DNA of 64,000 nucleotides from an uncultured virus (IMG/VR IMGVR_UViG_3300037245_004243). Its lineage: Duplodnaviria > Heunggongvirae > Uroviricota > Caudoviricetes. The translations under genes and the position numbers were made by a program. The notes under the pieces are model-generated. The model was not told the DNA's origin, did not search any database, and saw only the letters and a list, made by a program, of their open reading frames with translations. The stretch is from IMG/VR virus record IMGVR_UViG_3300037245_004243, positions 32,001 to 96,000 of that record; one strand, 5' to 3'. Position 1 is the first letter of the stretch. Every line of letters begins with the position of its first letter. Below are positions 1-7,768 of this stretch, in pieces.

Positions 1-2
1 CC

Positions 3-323
3 AATCAAATCGACAATCTCATAAAAGAAAACAATGGACTCAAACCCTGCATCGCCATTTTTAAACCCGAGTTCGGTGAAGAAAAGAAACTTCGGATCAA
101 GGATTTTACCCCATGCACTAACGGGGATTTCATATGGGATTGCAAAAAAAACGGGACCATTTATAACGACCATTCGGAATGGTTTGCTCATGCCGGGGAT
201 ATAGTAACCCTCGACAGGAAAGAGTATAATAAGATGCCAGATGATTTGAAAATGCCCCATAAAAATCCGATGGACCCGGTACATCAGGATGCCACCGATT
301 TTATGATGGATTTTGAATTTTAG
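3..323 (+). CDS. 3' end of a hypothetical protein truncated by the window edge
   Basis: Frame 3 is open from the window start to TAG at 321-323 (NQIDNLIKENNGLKPC...DFMMDFEF); read by eye. Confidence 0.6.
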   Translation, partial: NQIDNLIKENNGLKPCIAIFKPEFGEEKKLRIKDFTPCTNGDFIWDCKKNGTIYNDHSEWFAHAGDIVTLDRKEYNKMPDDLKMPHKNPMDPVHQDATDFMMDFEF

Positions 324-324
324 T

Positions 325-353
325 TTGACAATACCGTAAACCCGATATATAAT
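325..353 (+). promoter_or_regulatory. sigma70-type early promoter
   Basis: TTGACA (325-330), 17-nt spacer, TATAAT (348-353); AAGGAG RBS before ATG 391. Confidence 0.85.
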
Positions 354-390
354 ACAATTTTAAACCACACTTAAACAAGGAGACCTGATT

Positions 391-1308
391 ATGGAAGTAT
401 TAGCAAACGGATTTAAAGCAAACTTTTGGGTACCAGTCGAGGAAGAGCCGGATATCGACCGGTTTATTGATGAACAAATCATGATCGATATGGACCGCTT
501 TATATTGATCGGTATTCTGGAAAAGGTGTCGACCTGCAAAAAGAAAAACGAGGAAAAAGAGTTCGAATATTTCAAACAGATCACCGTGCAGGTTACCAAT
601 GTCTGCCTCGCATCCGACAAGAATTTCAATATCCAGATCCCAGGCAAAAAGGATGAATTCCTGTATGAAGTCAAATTCCGCTATGCAAACTGCAAAGCCG
701 ATCTTGAGCCTGAGCCTGAAGAGATATTCGAGGGAGGCGCCGATGAGGTCGCTTTCGATGTCGTCGTCCCTGTCCCTGCACATTTGCTGCCGGATGATGA
801 ATTATCACCGGAAGACGACTATGAGGAAGAAGATATCGATGATGACGACCTTGACCGTGAACCAGTCGGGCCGGAAGACGCCGACTATCTTGCCGAACAG
901 AATGCCGCCAATGCCGCCTCCAAGAAATCTGTCGAAGACTTGACAAAGGAAATCGAAGTCCTAAAAGCGGCGCCGGGGGATTACGAAAAACAAATTGCAA
1001 CATATGAACGTGCCATCAAAACAATGGAAGCAATGGATGCAATTGCCGACGACGACGATATTTCAGAATTGGAAGAGCAGAAAGACGCCGCCGACACCGA
1101 CGCAGCAATTTCCGAAGATGAAGTTGCCGACTATGAAAAATCGACCGCCGATGGTGCACGCCGGGAAGCCGAAGGGGTGGAATTCGGATACAACGATGAA
1201 ACCACACCGGAAGATGAGCCAGAGCCAGAGCCGGAAGAGAATCCTGACGACGACGGAATCGACGAGCCGGAAGAGAATCCTGACGACGACGGAATCGACT
1301 GGGGATAA
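391..1308 (+). CDS. hypothetical highly acidic protein (305 aa)
   Basis: Long ORF with a consensus promoter and RBS; D/E-rich C-terminal half. Confidence 0.8.
   Translation: MEVLANGFKANFWVPVEEEPDIDRFIDEQIMIDMDRFILIGILEKVSTCKKKNEEKEFEYFKQITVQVTNVCLASDKNFNIQIPGKKDEFLYEVKFRYANCKADLEPEPEEIFEGGADEVAFDVVVPVPAHLLPDDELSPEDDYEEEDIDDDDLDREPVGPEDADYLAEQNAANAASKKSVEDLTKEIEVLKAAPGDYEKQIATYERAIKTMEAMDAIADDDDISELEEQKDAADTDAAISEDEVADYEKSTADGARREAEGVEFGYNDETTPEDEPEPEPEENPDDDGIDEPEENPDDDGIDWG
1228..1299 (+). repeat. 36-bp exact tandem duplication (EPEENPDDDGID x2)
   Basis: GAGCCGGAAGAGAATCCTGACGACGACGGAATCGAC at 1228-1263 and 1264-1299. Confidence 0.95.
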
Positions 1309-1317
1309 TAAATACTT

Positions 1318-1365
1318 TTGACGGTTTTCCTGCAATGTGCTAATATCACCACATTGCAGGAAAAC
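1318..1365 (+). promoter_or_regulatory. sigma70-like promoter overlapped by a 16-bp perfect inverted repeat
   Basis: TTGACG (1318-1323), N17, TAATAT (1341-1346). Arms GTTTTCCTGCAATGTG (1324-1339) and CACATTGCAGGAAAAC (1350-1365). Confidence 0.6.
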
Positions 1366-1388
1366 GAAATAAATAAAGAAAAGGAGAA

Positions 1389-1895
1389 TTGAAAATGGAA
1401 TCATCGAAATACAGAAATGCAGTAAGAGGCGGCGGCATCAAAGTCGCCCTGGAAGATTGGACAGAACTTATCACAGAATCGGGCATGAAAGCTTTCTGGC
1501 CTTCCTGGGCATATGGCCAGTATATCAAAGAGAGCAACATCGCCGCGCAAGCAAAACGCGCTCGCCTTGGTAACCGGAAGATCGCCGATATCAAGGAAAA
1601 GGTCATCAACCGGCATGGCAAAAATGTCCGCATCCTTTTTAACCGAAAGAACGGGGCCATCATCCCAACAAAGGGTTTGAGCACCGCCAACGCCGCCCGG
1701 CTCGATAAAAGGAATAAACGTGCTGCCAAGCAGTGCCTATATTTTGCCGAGCGAAACCACCTGGAGGCGATTACCACCGCCCTGAAAATGCCGCGCGATA
1801 TACGCCGGACGCTCTGCCGTAAACTCAGATTGGCTTGGGGAACACTGACTTCCGGAGGGTACCGGGAAGCCGAGGCCATGATTCGGGAAGGATAA
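1389..1895 (+). CDS. hypothetical basic protein
   Basis: 168-aa ORF after an AGGAG RBS; TTG 1389 or ATG 1395 start. Confidence 0.7.
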   Translation: MKMESSKYRNAVRGGGIKVALEDWTELITESGMKAFWPSWAYGQYIKESNIAAQAKRARLGNRKIADIKEKVINRHGKNVRILFNRKNGAIIPTKGLSTANAARLDKRNKRAAKQCLYFAERNHLEAITTALKMPRDIRRTLCRKLRLAWGTLTSGGYREAEAMIREG

Positions 1896-1896
1896 A

Positions 1897-2127
1897 ATGA
1901 ACATATCTAAAGCGATATTTGCCAAAATGGAGTCTGGCCACGGGCTAATAGAAGTAATCTGCGATCTGGTCGAGGGATCGGACGAGATAGATTATGAAGA
2001 TGTGGCCGACGTCATAAAGGAAAACCCAACTATGATGGATCTCCTGGAACACGAATTTAAAACCAGGAAAATGATCAATCCCGACGCCGAGGACATAAAT
2101 TTAACAGAGATTTTCAAAGGATTATAA
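1897..2127 (+). CDS. gp33: late transcription co-activator, T4 gp33-like
   Basis: Small acidic helical protein (LIEVICDLVE..IDYEDVADVI..L..E) upstream of gp59- and gp32-like genes, as in T4 (33-59-32). Confidence 0.55.
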   Translation: MNISKAIFAKMESGHGLIEVICDLVEGSDEIDYEDVADVIKENPTMMDLLEHEFKTRKMINPDAEDINLTEIFKGL

Positions 2128-2128
2128 T

Positions 2129-2533
2129 ATGACACCAATACAAATCGAACAAATCGGTAGAATGGAGGCACTTAAAAATTGTGATATGTGCGCCAGAAAA
2201 TTAGCACATCTCCATTTTTATGTCGAGGGCAAAACCAAGAAATTTAAAACTTTCGAGGACTGCCTTGCCCATACCAAATCAGAAATGACTGATTGGGCCG
2301 AGACATGTGCCGATGGATTTCCACAAGAATTTCATTCTTTCAACGGAGGGAAATCCAAATCAGAATTTTTGGCAGAAGACGCTGTCCGCGCCGCCGCCGA
2401 AGGGGTATGGGAAAAAGACAGCTATCCTTTGGCCGCACAAACCGTCAGTTGCATTTCTTTAGATGATGACCATATCATCGAGCTATGCCGCGATGAAAAT
2501 TTCAAAGGATTTATAAAAACATGCCTAAAATAA
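2129..2533 (+). CDS. hypothetical protein
   Basis: 134-aa ORF abutting its neighbours. Confidence 0.65.
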   Translation: MTPIQIEQIGRMEALKNCDMCARKLAHLHFYVEGKTKKFKTFEDCLAHTKSEMTDWAETCADGFPQEFHSFNGGKSKSEFLAEDAVRAAAEGVWEKDSYPLAAQTVSCISLDDDHIIELCRDENFKGFIKTCLK

Positions 2534-2772
2534 CAAAATCATATTGTGATATCTGCGGAGATGAGACCGATGGTTGCACAGAAATAGATATCCATGCCGG
2601 GGAAGCCAGCACCATCTCGGTCGAACATACCATCTCGATCAATTTAAAAGTGGAACGGCACGGGCCAGTTAATTCGATTTCTGAGCCAGTTGGTTTAATG
2701 CCAAGTGACGAAATCTGCATTAACTGCTATTATACCATATTATATAATCATATAAAAGGAAGAGCCGGATAG
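2521..2772 (+). CDS. hypothetical zinc-ribbon-like protein
   Basis: YCDICG ... EICINC motif pair. Confidence 0.6.
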   Translation: MPKITKSYCDICGDETDGCTEIDIHAGEASTISVEHTISINLKVERHGPVNSISEPVGLMPSDEICINCYYTILYNHIKGRAG

Positions 2773-2776
2773 AAAA

Positions 2777-3463
2777 ATGAAAAAAATTCATGATTTCACA
2801 GGATTCCATGCATATTGGATTTATGTGACCGTCAAAAGTATCCATTTCGGTACTAAGAAATTTGATATCATGCACCAGCGCCTCCCAAAAAAGGAACGGT
2901 TTCTTAAAAGCTGGAACGAGGGCCGGAAAGACCGCGACGGGATGATGTTCCTTAAAGTTATGGAGCGCATACCGGCAAGGAAGATGGATTATATTCGATG
3001 TTTCGCCGCATACTATATGAAAAATCCTTCATTCCATGTAAGCGATATCATGAACGATGACTTCCAGACGCACAAAGGAAACGAACTGGAATTAAACGAT
3101 ATCCTGGCCACGGTAAAATCAGATTATTTGACTGCCCTCCTATACTGCAATGAAAAAGGTATCCAGCCAGAAGATATGTTTTATGGCCGGGACAACGGTT
3201 ATTTGATATATCCGGTTATTTATCGTCTATATGATATCGGCAAAGTAAGTGTCAATTCGATGATCGCCTTTCATGAGGTATTTAATATCGGAGCAAAAAT
3301 CTGTGTCAACCACGAGACCAATATAGTCGATCTCGAAAGAGCTAAAGAATACCGCCTCATTTTTGACAAATATTCTCCTATCGTGTATAATTACTTTGAA
3401 GGTATTGCATGGAAAAAGGAAATTCAAGATTACCACCATTACATAATGAAATACGGGAGATGA
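2777..3463 (+). CDS. gp59: helicase loader, T4 gp59-like
   Basis: N-terminal GFHAYWIYVTVKSIHF..KFD pattern, about 220 aa, located between gp33- and gp32-like genes. Confidence 0.7.
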   Translation: MKKIHDFTGFHAYWIYVTVKSIHFGTKKFDIMHQRLPKKERFLKSWNEGRKDRDGMMFLKVMERIPARKMDYIRCFAAYYMKNPSFHVSDIMNDDFQTHKGNELELNDILATVKSDYLTALLYCNEKGIQPEDMFYGRDNGYLIYPVIYRLYDIGKVSVNSMIAFHEVFNIGAKICVNHETNIVDLERAKEYRLIFDKYSPIVYNYFEGIAWKKEIQDYHHYIMKYGR

Positions 3464-3465
3464 AA

Positions 3466-3738
3466 ATGTCGGAGCGAAAAATAATGTCAAGTAAAGATCG
3501 AATTGATACCATTAAGGTGATATGGGCAACATATTGTGACGTTATACTGGACGGGTATGCCTGTCAAATCGATGAAATATTAGAGGAGCAGGGATGCAGC
3601 TCATGCGCCATCAAAACCATCACGGATAAAATGAGGGCTTTCCGGCACGAATTCTATGCTGAAAAATGCCCGGCCACTATCGCTCAGCGAGTAAGGAGAA
3701 TCCTGCAAGTAAGGAGAATCCATGCTGAAAGATATTAA
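3466..3738 (+). CDS. hypothetical protein
   Basis: ORF 3409-3738; start moved to ATG 3466 after GGGAG. Confidence 0.55.
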   Translation: MSERKIMSSKDRIDTIKVIWATYCDVILDGYACQIDEILEEQGCSSCAIKTITDKMRAFRHEFYAEKCPATIAQRVRRILQVRRIHAERY

Positions 3739-3889
3739 AAATATATTACTTTCCGATGATGATATCGATAGAAAGGCCAAGCGGATAGAATTATTATTTA
3801 AAACTGTTTTAAGGCAGGAGAGGCTTAAAGCGGATTATTTAAAAATGAGATATGAGAAAGGATTGTGTAATTATGAAAGAACACTTTGA
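3722..3889 (+). CDS. hypothetical 55-aa protein (not in ORF track)
   Basis: TAAGGAG RBS, then MLKDIKNILLSDDDIDRK...YERTL*. Confidence 0.55.
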   Translation: MLKDIKNILLSDDDIDRKAKRIELLFKTVLRQERLKADYLKMRYEKGLCNYERTL

Positions 3890-4226
3890 AAAACAATTAA
3901 CAATAGTGAAAACTTGTGATGGGGAAATGATAGATTCCCTGAAGGGCTGCTCGATCTATGGGGCATATGGGATTGGCGACAAAGTTCTTTTCTTTCTGGA
4001 GCAATCGGATATCGACGACTCCGGCTCGGACAAGCCTTCGATTAGCTTTTCCATGAAAACGGTTACTGAGCGAGAACTACCTGAGCTGGATAAAGAATAT
4101 GAATTTATCAGAATGGGAGGAACGACGCCAGGGAAAATACCAGTGCTCAAAAAGAAAGTGCTGCCATCGAAATGGTGGGATAATTTCTTCACAAATTTTT
4201 CTGGATTTTCCATTTTTCCGATGTGA
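3873..4226 (+). CDS. hypothetical protein
   Basis: ORF 3852-4226; likely start ATG 3873. Confidence 0.6.
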   Translation: MKEHFEKQLTIVKTCDGEMIDSLKGCSIYGAYGIGDKVLFFLEQSDIDDSGSDKPSISFSMKTVTERELPELDKEYEFIRMGGTTPGKIPVLKKKVLPSKWWDNFFTNFSGFSIFPM

Positions 4227-4252
4227 CAGAACGGTAAGTAATGTGGTATGAT
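4223..4252 (+). promoter_or_regulatory. probable gp32 promoter (sigma70-like with TG extension), with a late-like box inside it
   Basis: GTGACA, N18, TATGAT preceded by TGTGG. ACGGTAAGTA at 4231-4240 differs by one base from the late motif ACGGTAAATA. Confidence 0.5.
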
Positions 4253-4337
4253 TGTTGCATACATTCGAAGAGGGACTATTTTGGTCCCGCGCAATTAGGC
4301 CGAAAGGCACACTAACCATTAAGAAGGAGATTATTGC

Positions 4338-5408
4338 ATGGATTTTAAAAGTTTCAAAAAAGGCAGAGGCAAATTAGAAAAATCGGTTTCAAAAATGAAG
4401 GACCAGAATCCGAAATTCAAAAAGGACGAACGTTTCTGGTTACCCACAAAGGATGATGCCGGTTCATCCAACGCACTTATCCGCCTCTTGCCGCAGCCCG
4501 ACATCGAGAAGCCGCCGACGATTTCATTTTTCCAGCACGGTTTCAAGCAAAAGGGCAAATGGTTCATTGACAACTGCCCATCAACTTTTGCCAATCCCTG
4601 CCCGGTATGTGAACACATTCAACCGTATTGGGATGAGGACACCGATGACAGCCACAATTATGCTCGCCGGTATTCCCGCACAAAGCAATTTATCGCCAAT
4701 ATTCTCGTCATCAACGACCTGAATAAACCGGCCAACAACGGCAAAGTCTTCCTTTTCAAATTCGGAATAAAGATTTACGAGAAAATTGAAGAGAAAATCT
4801 TCCCCGAAAGCGAGATTGATGAGCCGGTCCAGATTTTCGACCCTTGGGAAGGTTGCGCATTCAAACTCAAACTTCGGCAGAAATCAAAGCGCAACAATTA
4901 TGACAACTCAGAATTCGTCACCGACAAATGTGGCCCGGTTGCAGATGACAAAGGCCTGGAAGTTATTTTTAACCAGATGATCGATCTCGATGAATTCTTG
5001 GCCGATGACAAGTTTCCGAAGTATGAGAAAATGGCCAAAAAGTTTAATCGCATCATGAAAATCAAAGACGGGAATACCACCGCACCGCCTCCCGCCGATG
5101 ATAAAGGGGATGAACTCCTGGACGAATTTTCCGATGGACCGGAGAATGCCAGCCAGCAAAAAGAGGCCGATGAGAAAGCCGGGCAAAAGCCCAACGATGT
5201 CCCCGCATCTGATGCCAAAAATGAAGCCGCTGATGATGATTTCAGCTTTGAAGACGAGCCCGAGCCCGATGCATCCGCTGCACCTGCAGAAAAGCAGGAA
5301 GCCGCTGATGCCGCGCCGCCGCCCGAAACCAAATCAGAACCCACCAAGGATTCGGGTGATGATTTTAATTTCGATGACGATGATCCAGATTTTAACTTTG
5401 ATGATTAA
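4338..5408 (+). CDS. gp32: single-stranded DNA-binding protein, T4 gp32-like
   Basis: DERFW.P..D..G...ALIRLLP, HGFK..GKWFIDNCPST...CPVCE zinc site, NGKVFLFKFG.KI, FDPWEG, NYDNSEF; acidic tail. Confidence 0.95.
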   Translation: MDFKSFKKGRGKLEKSVSKMKDQNPKFKKDERFWLPTKDDAGSSNALIRLLPQPDIEKPPTISFFQHGFKQKGKWFIDNCPSTFANPCPVCEHIQPYWDEDTDDSHNYARRYSRTKQFIANILVINDLNKPANNGKVFLFKFGIKIYEKIEEKIFPESEIDEPVQIFDPWEGCAFKLKLRQKSKRNNYDNSEFVTDKCGPVADDKGLEVIFNQMIDLDEFLADDKFPKYEKMAKKFNRIMKIKDGNTTAPPPADDKGDELLDEFSDGPENASQQKEADEKAGQKPNDVPASDAKNEAADDDFSFEDEPEPDASAAPAEKQEAADAAPPPETKSEPTKDSGDDFNFDDDDPDFNFDD

Positions 5409-5418
5409 CCTTTTAACC

Positions 5419-5672
5419 TGCGGCATGACGGGTATGACCGCCGCAACGAAATGGAGCTGATTGCCGGGTAATATTTAATGTATGGGTAGACTCAAGCTGG
5501 CCAAGCGCAAAGCCGTTAAACGTTCGATCCCAACGATGACGCTTCGAGTCACCCGGCATTCACCTCCTTTTTTCACCGAGGACGCACGATAGCGTTCAAC
5601 GTTCACGGAGTCACAGCCGAGATGAAACAGACCCTGCTTGACTTAAACAAGCAGGAATGGTTAGCATCCGGT
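5419..5672 (+). ncRNA. candidate structured non-coding RNA(s)
   Basis: ORF-free tract with a 17-bp two-mismatch stem (5453-5469/5551-5567) followed by T6, plus hairpins TGCGGC/GCCGCA, GGACGC/GCGTTC and CCTGCTTG/CAAGCAGG. Confidence 0.4.
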
Positions 5673-5677
5673 TATAG

Positions 5678-5708
5678 GGGAGGAGGCAATTTCGCTCCTC
5701 CCTTTTTT
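5678..5708 (+). terminator. Rho-independent terminator
   Basis: GGGAGGAG / CTCCTCCC stem followed by TTTTTT. Confidence 0.85.
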
Positions 5709-5741
5709 AATTAACCAGGGGGAAATAAAGGATTTATTAGC

Positions 5742-6128
5742 ATGAAATTTTTAAAAGCATTAATTTTTATGATCGTTTTCTTTTTTGCCGCGACGAGTGT
5801 CTATGCCGTTGATTTGGCCTGGGATGTTAACTCGGATAATCCCATCGGATATACGCTTTATTTTAACGAAAAAGCTGATACCGACACGCCTTACAATCTT
5901 GACCCCATATTACATCCAACCGCGACGGCATCAATTCCTAATGATCGATTCGTGCCCGGCAAAGTTTATGTGTTTTGGGTCACCGCCTATAATGCAGAAG
6001 ACGAATCGGCGCCGTCAAATTTGGTCGAATGGACCGCGCCTCTTTTGTACTTGCCACCATCGGAAAATCTGCCGACGATCCATATACCTGCACCACCGGA
6101 AATTCCGTCATCGATGATGGCTATTTAA
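5742..6128 (+). CDS. secreted fibronectin type III-like protein
   Basis: Sec-type signal (MKFLKALIFMIVFFFAATSVYA); LAWD..., GYTLYF, PGKVYVFWVTAYN..ES.PSN FN3 pattern; Pro-rich tail. Confidence 0.75.
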   Translation: MKFLKALIFMIVFFFAATSVYAVDLAWDVNSDNPIGYTLYFNEKADTDTPYNLDPILHPTATASIPNDRFVPGKVYVFWVTAYNAEDESAPSNLVEWTAPLLYLPPSENLPTIHIPAPPEIPSSMMAI

Positions 6129-6139
6129 AAACATAACGG

Positions 6140-6176
6140 AAAAAATGCACGATCCCATTCTTGATGGGATCGTGCA
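6140..6176 (-). terminator. 13-bp hairpin, probable terminator for - strand late transcription
   Basis: TGCACGATCCCAT (6146-6158) / ATGGGATCGTGCA (6164-6176), with A6 on the left (U-tract on the - strand). Confidence 0.6.
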
Positions 6177-6190
6177 GAAAGTATGTTATT

Positions 6191-6682
6191 ATGTCGCAAC
6201 AGAAACTAACTGAAAAATCCATCCAGAGCTTATTATTTGATTTTTATAATAAACTCGGTCATAAACTCATCGCGCCCAACATTTATTTGCATTATTCCGA
6301 AGCAGATTTAATCACCGTGCAGACCTCCGGTTATGTCAACGAAATAGAAATAAAAATAACTAAGGCCGATTTCAAAGGCGACTTCAAAAAGCGCAAACAC
6401 AAATATATGACCGAATCGCACAATGGTTATATGCGAAAAGTTAATTTCGATCTCCCCAATTATTTCTGGTTCGCATTCCCGCAGTCATTAATGTCTAAAA
6501 TTGATTTTGATATTCCGGATTATTATGGGCTGATTACTATCGAAGATCTCGGACTTGATTGCTATCTACCGTGCATTTATCGCCGGGCCAAGATGATGCA
6601 TAAGAAAAAGGTCACCAATAAACAGATCAGGCAGATTGCTCGCTCAATGATGTTTAAAATGTGGAGGGGATTAAAATGTTGA
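6191..6682 (+). CDS. PD-(D/E)XK nuclease-fold protein (MmcB-like)
   Basis: EADLI...EIEIKITKADFKGDFKK.KH...PNYFWFA.P motif. Confidence 0.65.
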   Translation: MSQQKLTEKSIQSLLFDFYNKLGHKLIAPNIYLHYSEADLITVQTSGYVNEIEIKITKADFKGDFKKRKHKYMTESHNGYMRKVNFDLPNYFWFAFPQSLMSKIDFDIPDYYGLITIEDLGLDCYLPCIYRRAKMMHKKKVTNKQIRQIARSMMFKMWRGLKC

Positions 6683-6864
6683 CTTGCCCAAATTGTAACA
6701 CTTATAGCGTGCCGGGGGATATGGTATGCATAAATTGCAATCAGAGATGGAAAATTTTAGAAGAGGAGCCGTTTTGGACAATATCTGCCTTCATTACTAC
6801 CAATTTTTGGTTATTCTATTATGGCATCCTCGGGGCCGTAATCGGGGCAGTGTGCTTACTTTGA
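6676..6864 (+). CDS. small zinc-ribbon membrane protein
   Basis: CPNC..CINC followed by a hydrophobic C-terminus. Confidence 0.55.
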   Translation: MLTCPNCNTYSVPGDMVCINCNQRWKILEEEPFWTISAFITTNFWLFYYGILGAVIGAVCLL

Positions 6865-7109
6865 ATCATGTCGGCAACCCGATTCAATGTGAAAAAGAAG
6901 CCGACACCGTAGAGAACAAGCGTAATGATTCCAATTATAAACGGTAGTTTGATCTTTTGCCATTTATCTATTGCATCCAGTCGGCCAATAACCTTTTTAA
7001 TATCAGAACTCACGGCCTCAATGTTTAAAGAGCGCCGCAATTCAGAAATCGCAGTGGTATTGGTATGGACCGCCTTGAGCAGCTCCATTAAAAATTGGTC
7101 AGTATCCAT
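6819..7109 (-). CDS. coiled-coil plus single-TM protein (holin/XhlA-like)
   Basis: Coiled coil followed by LPFIIGIITLVLYGVGFFF; last gene of the late operon. Confidence 0.5.
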   Translation of the reverse strand: MDTDQFLMELLKAVHTNTTAISELRRSLNIEAVSSDIKKVIGRLDAIDKWQKIKLPFIIGIITLVLYGVGFFFTLNRVADMIQSKHTAPITAPRMP

Positions 7110-7268
7110 TTAAACCTTTGAAGTAACGACGACGATGGTGGATGTCGTAATTCCCATTCTTATCTGTAGTTTTTTGATTTTTTCCATCTCATCCTTTTGA
7201 TCACTAATTATATTTTTCAAAAATTCCACAAAAGACGGACGGATATCAGTTTTAATCACTTGTTCCAT
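7110..7268 (-). CDS. hypothetical 52-aa protein (not in ORF track)
   Basis: MEQVIKTDIRPSFVEFLKN...TSKV* fills the gap between gp16 and 7109. Confidence 0.4.
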   Translation of the reverse strand: MEQVIKTDIRPSFVEFLKNIISDQKDEMEKIKKLQIRMGITTSTIVVVTSKV

Positions 7269-7755
7269 CATTATTATTCTCTTTCGCAGCTTTTGCCGCC
7301 GCGACTACCTCAGAGACAGTAGTCTTGACCTTATCTTTTCGATCAGCCTCAGAACCTGATTCATCATCCCCACCATCGAGTGGAGTTTCTGCTGGCTTCC
7401 CAATCAGCTTGGTCGTTTTAAAATCCTTATGGATTTTTATTAAATCGCGATTATTTTCGGATATGACCTTGACCAGTTTGACACAAGCATCCGCCACCAG
7501 AGGATTCCGCTCATACAGCAAATTTCCCGCAATCATATTAAGAATTTTCTTGGATGCATGAACGCAAAAATGAGCATTGCGCCGCGCCGCTTTATAATCA
7601 TAGACCATATCGTTTTCACGATTATCTTCATCGAATGGAATGCTTGAATCATCCCAGTCGTCAAATAAATCTTGACTTTCGTCTATTTCCAATTTTTGCT
7701 CTATTCCGGGCTTTTGATCCCAGGGAGCTTTTTCAGGTTTTATTATATCAGCCAT
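7252..7755 (-). CDS. gp16: terminase small subunit, T4 gp16-like
   Basis: DYKAARRNAHF...NP.V.D....LV..I..NNRDLIKIHKD.K matches the gp16 core helices. Confidence 0.8.
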   Translation of the reverse strand: MADIIKPEKAPWDQKPGIEQKLEIDESQDLFDDWDDSSIPFDEDNRENDMVYDYKAARRNAHFCVHASKKILNMIAGNLLYERNPLVADACVKLVKVISENNRDLIKIHKDFKTTKLIGKPAETPLDGGDDESGSEADRKDKVKTTVSEVVAAAKAAKENNNDGTSD

Positions 7756-7768
7756 AGTTCTATTTACC

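Noticed and set aside
5484-5531. tRNA gene or c-di-GMP-I riboswitch (GCGCAAAGCC)
   Set aside because: There is no complete cloverleaf or anticodon arm and no GAAA-capped P2 stem; kept only as an unassigned structured-RNA candidate.
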